From: Candidatus Latescibacterota bacterium
GTDB lineage: Bacteria > Latescibacterota > UBA2968 > GCA-2709665
Length of the DNA stretch: 64,000 nt
Assembly (NCBI GenBank): GCA_965203805.1
Contig: OZ241917.1
Span: 1,600,001 to 1,664,000 of the forward strand
Reading direction: 5' to 3'
The first letter of the stretch is position 1. The number at the start of each line of letters is the position of its first letter. Position numbers and translations under genes: made by a program. The notes beneath the pieces were generated by a model. It saw nothing but the letters and a program-made list of their open reading frames with translations. It had not been told where the DNA came from and did no database searches. Shown one piece after another: positions 29,764-39,382 of this stretch.

Positions 29764-31077
29764 TCATATTCGGCCCCCTTCGGGTACCTCGCGTCCGCCG
29801 TCCCAGACGCCCGGCCCTTCGGTCGCCGACGGCCAGTACCCGTCGGCGTCTTCATCCCATTGATTTCCGCACATCGACGAGATGATGGTCCATTCCGCCG
29901 CCCCGAAATCCGGCTCGGGATGGTACAGGAAGCGCTTCAACCCCGCCTCCCGCGAAGCATTCAGGATGCCGTAGAGATCGCGCGCCTGCATCGGGTCGCC
30001 GCCGTGGGGACGGCGCCCGGTGGACACCCAGGCGATCACCTTGTCGGGATCACCTACGGCCGCCAGGGCCCGCCGGGTCTCGTTGTAGACCACCCTGGAG
30101 AAGAATTCGTCGGGGAAACCCATCTCCATGTCCATCAGCGAGTTGACGCCGGGCAGCTCGATGCCCAACAGCGCCTTCACGACGGCGAAACACTCCGCCT
30201 CGCTCAGGGACGGGTTCCACTTTCGCAACCGTCGTACCCAGCGGGATATGGTTCCGTACATGCCGTCCATACCGCGGTGCCAATAATAGTGTTTCGGAAA
30301 GATATAGTCGAAGTACTCCGCCATCTGACAGTAATTCTGTCCGGTGAGCGATGACCACGCCGGGGCCCGCGGGATACCGCCCAGCTCCACCTTGCGATCG
30401 ACGGCGTCGACCTGTTGCCGCATGTACTGCCAGTCGAAGCGAGAGCGCTCCTGCCGCTTGCGCAGCCAGTAGAGCACGTCCTCGTTGACGTCGAACAGGA
30501 GCATTGCCCCCAGCATCCCGCCGTCGGCGTGGTACCGCACCATTTCCGGCGTCAGATTGTGCAAACGCTCCCGGAAGTGGGTGATGCCGCGCTGGATTCG
30601 ATCCAACTCGGCGCCGACCTGGGCGAAGCGGGCCTCCTCGCCCGGACGGATCTCCAGGAGCTGGCCCCCATGGTGGAATGCCAGCTCGTAGTGGTTTTCG
30701 CCCGGACCGTCGACAATGACGCCGTGCACCTGTGGAAAGGCGTTCATCTGGTCCTGCACGTGAGCGGTCGGGCCGCCCCCGGCGAATATCAGTATTCGCC
30801 AGCCTCGTTCCGCGGCGTTGTCCAGCATTGCGTGCAGCTTCTTCTCTTTTAAGACGTCGCGCGGACGCTGCTCCGGGACTTCCGCCCCCAGGGCCTCGTA
30901 CACCTTCGGGTCGGGCGCCCACGCCGGAATGGTGGTGCCACCGTCCTGGAGGAACGTCATGCGGCCGACGGCCAGACCGCGCACGCCGCCATCCTCCCAG
31001 GCGTCGAACCGCTCCTCGAACCCGTCGAGCCAGTGTTCGAACGGGCTGTCACTGCAGGTGAATACCCAGAGTTTCAT
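29764..31077 (-). CDS. conserved hypothetical protein (homolog of 19625)
   Basis: Shared motifs; AAGGAGG RBS. Confidence 0.85.
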   Translation of the reverse strand: MKLWVFTCSDSPFEHWLDGFEERFDAWEDGGVRGLAVGRMTFLQDGGTTIPAWAPDPKVYEALGAEVPEQRPRDVLKEKKLHAMLDNAAERGWRILIFAGGGPTAHVQDQMNAFPQVHGVIVDGPGENHYELAFHHGGQLLEIRPGEEARFAQVGAELDRIQRGITHFRERLHNLTPEMVRYHADGGMLGAMLLFDVNEDVLYWLRKRQERSRFDWQYMRQQVDAVDRKVELGGIPRAPAWSSLTGQNYCQMAEYFDYIFPKHYYWHRGMDGMYGTISRWVRRLRKWNPSLSEAECFAVVKALLGIELPGVNSLMDMEMGFPDEFFSRVVYNETRRALAAVGDPDKVIAWVSTGRRPHGGDPMQARDLYGILNASREAGLKRFLYHPEPDFGAAEWTIISSMCGNQWDEDADGYWPSATEGPGVWDGGREVPEGGRI

Positions 31078-31110
31078 TTTCCCCTCCTTTGGGGTGGCAG
31101 CGGCGATTTC

Positions 31111-31193
31111 CGTTCACGGCCTCGTCGTGCACGAATCGCGAATGCGGTTGCGCGAAGGGCGCATGTCCGGAGCCGGGCACGGGCATGTCATCT
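31111..31193 (-). repeat. attC-like site (degenerate; subtype of 36045)
   Basis: GCGGTTGCGCGAAGGGCGCATG identical to the 36045 site. Confidence 0.6.
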
Positions 31194-31240
31194 GACTTGC
31201 CGGCCTCGGACTCTGTGGGGCTTCCCAGGCGCCAGGATAC

Positions 31241-32029
31241 CTAAACTTTCGTCTCCACGAGTGCGCCAACATCGTCGTCACCAAACAGCCATCCGGTGTC
31301 ATCGTTTCCAAAGCGCTCGTTGATCTCGTGCGCGTTGGGAAGCAATGCGTAGGTTTCGGGCGTATTTATCTTCGACTTGCGAGGGTCAAGGTGCCAGTCA
31401 AGCTTGTCAACATCAGGCAACTCTAGCCCCAGAAAGTTGAAGATACCTTTGGCAACGACGTGACTCTTCTTGATGTCTCCAGTGTACAGCTCCTCATAGG
31501 ACACCTTCAAGGTACTGCCTCGTGGACGCTGCTCTATCACGTTACTGTAATAGTCTCTGAGTTCCGTCGCGTATTCGAGACCGTCCGCGATCTTCTTCAA
31601 GGAAACTGGCTTCAGATTCCGGTAGATTCGCCTGGTTTTCTCGTTCAAGTCTGAAATCTGCCAGACCTTCGTTTGTTCGGCTATGCATCCGGAGACTTCG
31701 GCTCGCAGCAGATTAGCCCTTTGAAGGAAAAGGACCGTGGCGTCAGGAGAAAGCAACAGATGGGTGTATAACTTTTTTGGAAGTTGGTAGCTGAGGATCT
31801 TTATCCCGTTGTACCTGGCGAAGAGATCTTCAAGGGCTTTCTCAAGCGACGGAACGTCCTCCATGAAATCCACGTAGTTCCTCTCGCCGGGATTTTCCCT
31901 CGCATATCCATGCCAAAAGGGCTCGAGAGCGAAATTCAAGCGAGGATGTGTCTGAAGAACGCGATACAGCGTCGTACTGCCGCTTCGGCCGTGCGCAAAG
32001 AGAACAGTTCGTGTGGGAGGACTTTCCAT
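31241..32029 (-). CDS. sulfotransferase family protein
   Basis: GRSGSTTL PAPS-binding loop; LQR.NLLR..VS; SYEEL. Confidence 0.8.
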   Translation of the reverse strand: MESPPTRTVLFAHGRSGSTTLYRVLQTHPRLNFALEPFWHGYARENPGERNYVDFMEDVPSLEKALEDLFARYNGIKILSYQLPKKLYTHLLLSPDATVLFLQRANLLRAEVSGCIAEQTKVWQISDLNEKTRRIYRNLKPVSLKKIADGLEYATELRDYYSNVIEQRPRGSTLKVSYEELYTGDIKKSHVVAKGIFNFLGLELPDVDKLDWHLDPRKSKINTPETYALLPNAHEINERFGNDDTGWLFGDDDVGALVETKV

Positions 32030-32045
32030 CTAACCTCTGCCTGGT

Positions 32046-34181
32046 TCAGTCTCCGGCCTCCGTCCACTGGTACACGTGAACCTCCAGCGGCAGGAACAGA
32101 TCGATGAACTCACGGGACTCGCTCTGCGCCATGCGATCCTCGAACAGCACCCTGGGCTGAACCGGTCCGTCGAACCGCCACGTGCCCAGAACCAGGGCCG
32201 GTTCCACGTTGACCGCGATCAGGGTGTGGACCCCGTCGTGCCGCCGCTCGATGAAGTGAATGGCGTCGCCCTCCTGCTCGAGCTGCACGCTCCGTACCCG
32301 GGCACCCGCCGCCAGTGTGGGGGCCAGGTGTCGCACCTCGCTGGCGACCTTGAGCACCTCGGTCCATTGCCGCGGATAGATGGCCACGTCGTCGGTGTAC
32401 TCCGTGCCGGGGATCTCGCCCCCGGGCGCGTAGAACAGCAGCCCCTTGACACCCCTCGTCAGGGCGAGGTAGTTCATGGACCGGATCTCCTCGCGACTGG
32501 GCCGGAAACCCCCTTCGAGGGTTACGACCTCGCCGCGCTTGCTGTCGAGACGATAGTCGAAGGCCTGGGAGATGAACCACACATGCTTGCCCTTGCCCTC
32601 CACCCGCGCAGCCTCGAAGGCATCGTCGAGGACCAGCTCGTAGATCGAGGTGATCGAGTCGTCGGGCAGCAGCGGGTTCAGGATGGGGTAGCCGTAAACG
32701 AAGTACGCATCGCTGAGTCTCCCACCCCACGTGAGCATAAAGATGATCGGGTGGTCCGCGTCGTGCTGCCGGATGAGCTCGTAGGTCTCCGTCGCCAGGG
32801 GAGCCTGGTTGTCGCTGGCGTACTCGTTCCACCACCCAAGCGTGGCCGGGTGGTCCTTCGCCTGCTCCACCACCTCCGTGAGCTGCCCGGGCTCGCCTCT
32901 GCCCAGGGCCAGCGAGGCATAGTACACGTGCACCAGCCCCTTCATCCCGAGATCCAGCAGATCGTCCAGCATCTCCCCGGCGCCTTCGCCGATCAGCTTG
33001 TAGTTGATCCCGGCCTCGGCCGCCTGGGCGATATAGGGCATCCTGCTCGTGGGTGAGACGTTCGACGAGTAGATTCCCACCGGGAAAAAGGGCTCGCCGT
33101 TGACGCGAAACACGTCCCCGTCGAAACGCGACTCCGATGGCACCGGCACGTTGACGCCGAAGCGCCAGCGCAGGCGATTGCCGGCGTTGCCGGCGCGGTC
33201 GTTGACGACCACCTCCACCTGGTGGATGCCGTCCTCCAGGGCTCCGGTCTCCGAGAAGGTGAATCCGCCCTCCGTAACCGCGGCGCCGGCGGTGACGTCC
33301 TCGCCGTCCAGCAGGATCCGCGCGGAGGCGACGTCGATGCCCGAGCCCTCGTCATCGAAGACAGCCGAGATGACCGGCGAACCGCCGACCCTCGTGTCCG
33401 GCGCGGGGCTGGGGAGCACGAACGCCGGCGGCCTGGTGTCCTTCTCCACCACCGGCGTGGTCTGCGCCATCAGGCGATCCCGTATCGATATCCTCAGGTC
33501 CTTTTCGGCTTCGTATTGAGCGGCGATCTCCCGGTCTGACAGGGCGCGGTTGTACACCCGGACGTCGTCGATCTGACCCGTGAAGTGGCCGCCCAGGCCG
33601 GAGCCGTAGAAGCTGGCGCCGATGTACATCGGCGCCTCCAGGGTGCCGGTCACGAAGGGCTCACCGTACCGCCCTTTCAGGCCGCCGTTCACGTAGACCC
33701 TGATCCCGTCGCCGTCGTACGTGCCGGCCAGGTGAAACCAACTGTCCTGTTTGACGTCTCCGCCGGCGGCGCTCTTGCCGTGCTCGGGACACTCCACCAG
33801 GGAGAACCGGACCGCGTTCTGGCCGAGGCTGAGCCGGTAGTTCTGGCGCAGCGTGCTGCAGCCGTTCTTCGACAGCACGGTCTGCCCGGATATGACGGGC
33901 GTGTTCACCCAGCAGGTCACCGTGACCGCATCGGAGAGTCTCAGCATCTCCGAGTCCGGGATCTCCACGTAGTCATCCACCCCGTCGAAGCGGAGGGCGT
34001 AGCCCTGATCCAGTTCCACGTACTCGGCCCCGTGAATGGCGCCCTGGAGGCCGTGGCCAGAGGCATCGCCGGCCACGGAGCCGGCCCCCTCATCGAACAT
34101 ATAGTGCGCCACGAGGCCCTCCTCCGCCGCCGCGGCGCCGGCTGCGAGGGAGAGGATGATCAGCAATATCTTCGTTCCCAT
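32046..34181 (-). CDS. secreted LamG/ConA-like domain protein with Ig-like and glycosidase-like region
   Basis: Signal peptide; LVAHYMFDEG, WFHLAGTYDG, GQIDDVRVYNRALS; NGEPFFPVGIY. Confidence 0.85.
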   Translation of the reverse strand: MGTKILLIILSLAAGAAAAEEGLVAHYMFDEGAGSVAGDASGHGLQGAIHGAEYVELDQGYALRFDGVDDYVEIPDSEMLRLSDAVTVTCWVNTPVISGQTVLSKNGCSTLRQNYRLSLGQNAVRFSLVECPEHGKSAAGGDVKQDSWFHLAGTYDGDGIRVYVNGGLKGRYGEPFVTGTLEAPMYIGASFYGSGLGGHFTGQIDDVRVYNRALSDREIAAQYEAEKDLRISIRDRLMAQTTPVVEKDTRPPAFVLPSPAPDTRVGGSPVISAVFDDEGSGIDVASARILLDGEDVTAGAAVTEGGFTFSETGALEDGIHQVEVVVNDRAGNAGNRLRWRFGVNVPVPSESRFDGDVFRVNGEPFFPVGIYSSNVSPTSRMPYIAQAAEAGINYKLIGEGAGEMLDDLLDLGMKGLVHVYYASLALGRGEPGQLTEVVEQAKDHPATLGWWNEYASDNQAPLATETYELIRQHDADHPIIFMLTWGGRLSDAYFVYGYPILNPLLPDDSITSIYELVLDDAFEAARVEGKGKHVWFISQAFDYRLDSKRGEVVTLEGGFRPSREEIRSMNYLALTRGVKGLLFYAPGGEIPGTEYTDDVAIYPRQWTEVLKVASEVRHLAPTLAAGARVRSVQLEQEGDAIHFIERRHDGVHTLIAVNVEPALVLGTWRFDGPVQPRVLFEDRMAQSESREFIDLFLPLEVHVYQWTEAGD

Positions 34182-34334
34182 ATTGACACTCGCATCTCCG
34201 AAAGGTCTGACTTGCGTTCCGTGATGGTATTTACAACCCTGCATCCACACGTAAGGATCGTTCGATTGTGCCGAGCAGCGCCCCATGCAGGCGCGTGACA
34301 ACTCCGACGCCACAGCCATCTCAATTCGGCATTC

Positions 34335-34426
34335 GCCTGACGTTTCACCGGTTTGCGAACCCCGGGAGAGGGTTGCCCGAAGTGTCAGGGCGCGAACAGC
34401 GCACAGCACAAACCGTGCTGTTACAA
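34335..34426 (-). repeat. attC-like site
   Basis: GCCTGACGTTTCACCGGTTTGCGAACC..GGTTGCC..CACAAACCGTGCTGTTACAA. Confidence 0.8.
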
Positions 34427-34446
34427 GATGAGGAGGGAATTCCACC

Positions 34447-34475
34447 TTTACAAGTATCAGGTTATACCTTACACT
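34447..34475 (+). promoter_or_regulatory. sigma70-type promoter of higBA
   Basis: TTTACA-17 bp-TACACT, 6 nt before the toxin reading frame. Confidence 0.55.
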
Positions 34476-34481
34476 CCGTCC

Positions 34482-34926
34482 GTAATAAAGACAATTGCAG
34501 ACAAGGAAACCCAACGCATTTGCCGCACCGGCGAATCCAAGAAGTTGCCCGTTGACCTGGTGCGAAGAGCAATCCGCCGCTTAGAATACATCGACCTCGC
34601 CAACACGTTGAATGATCTGAGAGTTTCACCTGGTGTCCTGTCCCAAAAATACCTCACCATTCTTCCGCAGATTCATCCCGTCTCGCAGCGTTGACATCGC
34701 TCGCCGACCGTGCCAGGTCGCCTGCGCTCTGGCACCTTGCGAGCCGGGCGACTCTGCGGCCGAATTTTGGCAACTTATTTCCGGGACAGAACACTGCAAC
34801 CGCCTGCACCAGTTGAAGAAGGAACGAAAGGGACAACACGCCATCGCCATCAACGAACAATGGCGCATCTGTTTTCGGTTTGTTGACGGGGACGCATACG
34901 ACGTAGAATTCACGGACTATCACTGA
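34482..34926 (+). pseudogene. higB: HigB (RelE/ParE) toxin interrupted by a MITE
   Basis: IKTIADKET..LNDLRVSP // NRLHQLKKERKGQHAIAINEQWRICFRF..DVEFTDYH; start codon reads GTA. Confidence 0.88.
34630..34796. mobile_element. MITE (~167 bp)
   Basis: TIRs GTGTCCTGTCCCAAAAATA / TATTTCCGGGACAGAACAC; splits higB. Confidence 0.85.
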
Positions 34927-34938
34927 AAGGAACATCCC

Positions 34939-35253
34939 ATGGCCATCACAAATATACAGAAACGCGCCATCCCACCAACTCATCCTGGTGAGATGCTGCG
35001 TGAGGATTTCCTGCCGGACTACGCGCAAACAGTGACTTCCCTGGCGGAGGCATTGGGAGTATCCCGTCAAACGATAAATGAGCTTCTGCGGGAGCGGCGC
35101 GCCATCTCGCCCATCATGGCATTGAGACTTGCCCGCTTGTTTGGAAACTCTCCGGAATTTTGGATGAAGGCCCAACACAAACGAGATCTTTGGGAATCAG
35201 AGCAGCGACATCAAGGCGAGCTGGCGGACATCGAACCGCTCGCTATTCCGTAG
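34939..35253 (+). CDS. higA: HigA antitoxin
   Basis: PTHPGEMLREDFL..LAEALGVSRQTINEL..MALRLARLFGNSPEFW. Confidence 0.95.
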   Translation: MAITNIQKRAIPPTHPGEMLREDFLPDYAQTVTSLAEALGVSRQTINELLRERRAISPIMALRLARLFGNSPEFWMKAQHKRDLWESEQRHQGELADIEPLAIP

Positions 35254-35266
35254 ACACCTTCCCCTG

Positions 35267-35348
35267 CCCAAACCCCTTCCCTGCCCCCGAACCGCGTAGC
35301 GGTTGGGCGAAGGGGTTCTTGCCCAGAAGCCGGGGCACGGTGTTAGAG
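35267..35348 (-). repeat. attC-like site
   Basis: CCCAAAC..CGAACCGCGTAGCGGTTGGGCGAAGG..CACGGTGTTAGAG. Confidence 0.7.
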
Positions 35349-35381
35349 GGTGTGTGGCCAGATGTGAGTTTGGTTGGTTGC

Positions 35382-35672
35382 TCAAGCGCGCAACGACCGC
35401 GCCACGGCTTCGGGATTTTCCGATGCAATCTTCAGTAGAGCCCGAGCGGGACCCTCCGGACGGCGGCGTCCCTGCTCCCAATTCTGCAACGTAGAGACGC
35501 TGACGCCAATCATCAGGGCAAATTCAGATTGCGATCTATCCAGCTTTTTCCGGATCATTCGAATATCGGCGGGATCCATCTGGATCGTGCGTCCTGGTTT
35601 CAGCTTGCCGCGCTTGATCGCTCCGGCCTGCTTGACGCTGGTTGCAAGTTGGTCAAAGTCGCGCTCATTCAT
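35382..35672 (-). CDS. HTH antitoxin (HigA-2/NadS-like)
   Basis: SQSEFALMIGVSVSTLQNWEQGRRRPEGPARALL. Confidence 0.92.
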   Translation of the reverse strand: MNERDFDQLATSVKQAGAIKRGKLKPGRTIQMDPADIRMIRKKLDRSQSEFALMIGVSVSTLQNWEQGRRRPEGPARALLKIASENPEAVARSLRA

Positions 35673-35986
35673 GCCAGATACTCCTTTACGAGTTCACGAA
35701 GCAACTTACATTGCCGAGGGGTGAGATCGTCCTGGCGGCCCTTGCGAAACACCCACAGCATGTAAAGGACCTCGGCCGGCTTTTCCCAATAGTAGATCAC
35801 ACGAATACCGCCACGTTTGCCAGCATGCGGCGATTTCCATCTCAGTTTTCGCAATCCACCCGTACGCCTAATTACGTCCCCTGATTCTGGCCGGAATAGG
35901 AGCGCCAGCTGCATTGCCCGGTAGTCCTCATCCGATAGTAGGGTCGAGATCTCTTTTGTGAAGATGGGTGTTTCGACGAAGGTCAT
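35669..35986 (-). CDS. RelE/HigB-2-like toxin
   Basis: FVETPIF, TGGLRKLRW, GKRGGIRVIY; overlaps the antitoxin. Confidence 0.92.
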   Translation of the reverse strand: MTFVETPIFTKEISTLLSDEDYRAMQLALLFRPESGDVIRRTGGLRKLRWKSPHAGKRGGIRVIYYWEKPAEVLYMLWVFRKGRQDDLTPRQCKLLRELVKEYLA

Positions 35987-35992
35987 ACACCA

Positions 35993-36021
35993 ATTATACG
36001 CCAATGACGCATAGTGCGCAA
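35993..36021 (-). promoter_or_regulatory. sigma70 promoter of the TA operon (leaderless geometry)
   Basis: Minus strand TTGCGC-17 bp-TATAAT, 6 nt before ATG. Confidence 0.65.
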
Positions 36022-36044
36022 CGTCTTTGCTTTGGCCACATGGC

Positions 36045-36124
36045 CTCTAACTTTTCGCCGTGCCCGAACCTCGAAGCGGTTGCGCGAAGGGCGCATGCCC
36101 TAAGCCGGCCACGGGCGGCTAACG
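36045..36124 (-). repeat. attC-like site
   Basis: CTCTAAC..CGAACC..GCGGTTGCGCGAAGGGCGCATG..CACGGGCGGCTAACG. Confidence 0.7.
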
Positions 36125-36150
36125 CGCCCGTGGCCGAGAAGAACGACGGT

Positions 36151-37071
36151 TCAACAATCTTCAACGAGGTTTGCCGTCGAGCCTTCGTCCCATGTACCTG
36201 GATCGGGAGCTTTCCAGGCTAGCTCGACATCAATTGAGAATTCAACCATAGGAAACCCTTCCGCGTAGAGCTTATAGAAGAGTTGGTACTTTCCGTTGTC
36301 GCTCACGATGGCCGCTCTGGGCGTGTCCCTTGCACTGTGAAGAAATAACCCAGGTAGGTCTGCGTGGACCGAGAAAAGGTCAATTGCAGAGTGATCCATG
36401 GGGAGTATCGTCCTGCTGTACCCTCCCTGTCCTGTCCATTTGATGTGAGCTCGGTCCGGTGAATCCGTGCGGCCGTTTGGACCCTCGATATAATCGAGAA
36501 TACAAATGGCATTTACTGCCGCTTCATCAGGCCGCATGTTTCTGACCCAGACTTGGTAGACTCTCACATTATAGGTGCCTGTGTGATCCCTATAGTAGAA
36601 TGGATTGGTAAATTCGTGCTCTTCGATTACGAGATTTCTGGAGTAGGTCGGCTCCCACTTTCTCGCTTTCACTGTCGCGCGGAGCTTCGCAAGTAGCTCT
36701 TCCTCGTCCCTGAATGTATCCAGGTTGCTTAAGACATACTTGACAAACCCATCGAGTTGGCAACCCACCTGTTGAAACGCGATCATCTCTGGAAATCCCA
36801 AATGGTGGGCAAGTGCGAGCTCTTGATGTGTAAACAGCGAACAAGAAAGCTCGTTTGGCGAGCTCTGACGACGAAGAAAATCCACGAAAAGATAGTAATC
36901 TGAAGAGCGGAGTTCCTGAGTGATCTTCATGATGTCGTCGAGACTCTGAATATTGAAAGCCAGGTATGACTGGAGACCGAATTCATCAAGAAGTAGAGTA
37001 GCTATCTTGTCAGCGGTCTCTCTCTCATCCCGATGACGTTGGCCACAGCTAATGAATACTTTTCAAGGCAT
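36151..37071 (-). pseudogene. TIR-like domain protein with in-frame TGA at codon 3
   Basis: ATG CCT TGA AAA GTA TTC ATT AGC = MP*KVFISCGQ, in frame with the 36151..36930 ORF; SLFTHQELALA. Confidence 0.6.
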
Positions 37072-37098
37072 AAATAACTCCAGCTATTTGGGCATGGC

Positions 37099-37186
37099 GG
37101 CTAACGTTCCGCCGGTTTGCGAACCTGCCGCAGGCAGGTTTTCTGCGACGGCCGGATGGCCGGAGCCGCAGCCCGTCGTGTTATGT
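37099..37186 (-). repeat. attC-like site
   Basis: GGCTAACGTTCCGCCGGTTTGCGAACC..GGATGGCCGGAGCCGCAG..CGTGTTATGT. Confidence 0.88.
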
Positions 37187-37263
37187 GCAGTTGCAATCCC
37201 GGTTATCGCCGGCCTTGCCACGGATGGCAAAGTCGGAAATGGGCTGATACCACAGAACCTCAA

Positions 37264-38037
37264 TCAGGCCTTCTTCCTGCGAAATGCCAAAGCCGTTTCG
37301 TAGTGCTTGGTAATCGATCCTCCGTAGCTCCTGCCTATCAGGTCAGCGATACCGTCAAATAGGAGCGCGCGATTGTACTCGGGCAGCGCGATGTGGTCAG
37401 AGTAGGTTCCAAGGAGTTTGATGTACTCTTCCGCAGAGTAGTTTGCTGTCCACGGGTACACTCGGTGGATAGGATCGGCAAAAGCGCTGGTTCCTGGTTC
37501 TGGGGCATCGGAAGTGGCCGGAGTACTGGGATCCTGAGGGGAATCTGAGACTACATAGTGCTTGGCATAAACTTCCTGGACTTCCGCAAAGAAACCTTCG
37601 TCTCTTCTTACGTGTTGGTTGGAGAAGATGGCCAACGATCCCCTGGCCTTCAGGGTGTCACGGGCTCGAATGAATCTGACTCTCCGACTCACCCAGCGGA
37701 ACGCCGTTGCGGAGATCACAAGGTCAAACTTGCTAGCCGAGTCCCAATCTTCAAAAGAACACAGCACGAAGCGAACGTGCTTATAACCGCTAAGTCGCGC
37801 CCTCGAAACCTCTATCAAATCCTGGCCAATATCCAAGCAGGTCATTTCGCAACCGAGGGTCGCAAATAATCTCGAAGCCTGTCCGGTTCCACACCCGACT
37901 TCCAGGACTCTTCCGGATCTATCCATTCCGGACAGATCCAAGACATCTGTGACAAGTTCATCAGGGTATCCAGGCCTCACTTCGTCATAGAGCGAAGCAA
38001 CGGTATCGAAAGTAGTTTTGAGATCAGGACGGGACAT
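37264..38037 (-). CDS. class I SAM-dependent methyltransferase
   Basis: YDEVRPGYP, VLEVGCGTGQ, SATAFRW. Confidence 0.9.
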   Translation of the reverse strand: MSRPDLKTTFDTVASLYDEVRPGYPDELVTDVLDLSGMDRSGRVLEVGCGTGQASRLFATLGCEMTCLDIGQDLIEVSRARLSGYKHVRFVLCSFEDWDSASKFDLVISATAFRWVSRRVRFIRARDTLKARGSLAIFSNQHVRRDEGFFAEVQEVYAKHYVVSDSPQDPSTPATSDAPEPGTSAFADPIHRVYPWTANYSAEEYIKLLGTYSDHIALPEYNRALLFDGIADLIGRSYGGSITKHYETALAFRRKKA

Positions 38038-38099
38038 TAGAATTCCTAAGATTTGCGCGTAGGTGGCGCAGAGAGGCGTCGCTACGAGACCGCCATTGC

Positions 38100-38222
38100 C
38101 AATAACGTTCTCGCCACTTGCGAACCTGCCCGGCCTTTTCCGGCGGGTTGCCGTCAGGCCAAGGAGCCCTTCGACAAGCTCAGGATAAACTCCGCGACGC
38201 TGCGCAAGTGGATGTGTTATGC
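38100..38222 (-). repeat. attC-like site carrying a REP-like insert
   Basis: CAATAACGTT..TTGCGAACC..GGTTGCCGTCAGGCC..GCGCAAGTGGATGTGTTATGC. Confidence 0.88.
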
Positions 38223-38298
38223 GTCTGCAGAGGTTTTCGCAGATCAAGCGGCCAAACGGGCACCCTGTATGGGTTTTTCCGATTATTGACTTTCGGTC

Positions 38299-38871
38299 TC
38301 ATTCCCCCGAGCGAGCCAGATGCTGGAGCGTCAACGAAACTGTCGCAGCCCACGACAGGACTTTGAACTCCCCGGTCCTTAGAGCATCCTCCAGCTCTTC
38401 GCGAGCAAGATGCAGAAGCTCCTGGTCCTCGATGTCATCACTCGAAGGTTCTGCTACCAGTACAGCATCGCGGGCCAGGAATAGATACCGAACGCCAACG
38501 CCGCGATTGGGATCGACTTTGTAGCTGCCGAGGTCAATCCACTCGGTCGATTGAAATCCGGTCTCCTCCAGCAGTTCACGCTTGGCGGCGTCCAGAGGAT
38601 CTTCCCCAGGTTCGATCATTCCTCCTACTGGAGCCAGGGATGTTCCCTCCACTGCATACTTCGTCTGTCGAAAACAAAGGAACTTGCCGTCGCAAGTGGT
38701 GGCGAGGACAATCGCAGCGTCAGGCCCAACAATCCATGGCCAGTCAGAGATAACCTGCCCATCCGGCCATTCCACTGTATGACTCTCAACGGTCAGGTAC
38801 GGACCCCGATTGATGATAGTGCGACGGGAGAGGGTCTTGAACGGTCGCAGCTCGATACATTCTGGTCCCAT
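38299..38871 (-). CDS. NUDIX hydrolase
   Basis: GGMIEPGEDPLDAAKRELLEETG Nudix box. Confidence 0.93.
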   Translation of the reverse strand: MGPECIELRPFKTLSRRTIINRGPYLTVESHTVEWPDGQVISDWPWIVGPDAAIVLATTCDGKFLCFRQTKYAVEGTSLAPVGGMIEPGEDPLDAAKRELLEETGFQSTEWIDLGSYKVDPNRGVGVRYLFLARDAVLVAEPSSDDIEDQELLHLAREELEDALRTGEFKVLSWAATVSLTLQHLARSGE

Positions 38872-38932
38872 CTGTCCTCCGACGTTTACGTCCTGTTTAG
38901 GGATTTTTCATCACGACGCCCGGTTGCCGTTT

Positions 38933-39382
38933 TTATCGCAATGGGGCTAACTCTTTGAACAGGAAAAGCTCCCCCAGGTCGTCCTCAAACGGGAAACCCG
39001 CCAGAAACCCGCACTCGGCAAACCCCATGTGTCTATGCCACGTCTGCGGCTCGTATTCATCTACGACGCACGAACTCAACAGGATCCTGTGGCCTCGGCG
39101 CCGCAGATCATCTTCTACGAACGCCAACATAGCCTTCCCAACACCCTTTCGCTGGTGCTCACGCAATACGTTAATCAGGCTGATGAACGCGGTGCCGCCG
39201 TCATGTCCCGGCCACAGAAAGCACAGGTGAAGCATTCCCACGAGTTTACCCTGCAATTCCGCGACGATCACTTCGTTTATGCCCGAGATCTGCTCAGCAA
39301 ATCGATTCGAGTCCAATGTGGCAGTCTTTACGCACCACTCGACGTCTGCCTTGCCAGCAAGTCTCACCCGTATGTCTGCCAT
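38933..39382 (-). CDS. GNAT N-acetyltransferase
   Basis: VLREHQRKGVGKAML; HMGF. Confidence 0.88.
   Translation of the reverse strand: MADIRVRLAGKADVEWCVKTATLDSNRFAEQISGINEVIVAELQGKLVGMLHLCFLWPGHDGGTAFISLINVLREHQRKGVGKAMLAFVEDDLRRRGHRILLSSCVVDEYEPQTWHRHMGFAECGFLAGFPFEDDLGELFLFKELAPLR

Noticed and set aside
26392-31196. 10-bp inverted match GTCAGATGAC / GTCATCTGAC
   Set aside because: The arms face outward and do not bound a cassette; may be chance
37063-37065. Selenocysteine or recoded TGA
   Set aside because: Position 3 is not a plausible catalytic site and TGA is a normal stop in many neighbouring genes; a nonsense change or sequencing error is simpler
37125-37139. Third copy of the CCTGCC..GGCAGG insertion
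   Set aside because: CCTGCCGCAGG is native to the inner stem of this attC subtype (also at 26420), so it is not counted as an insertion
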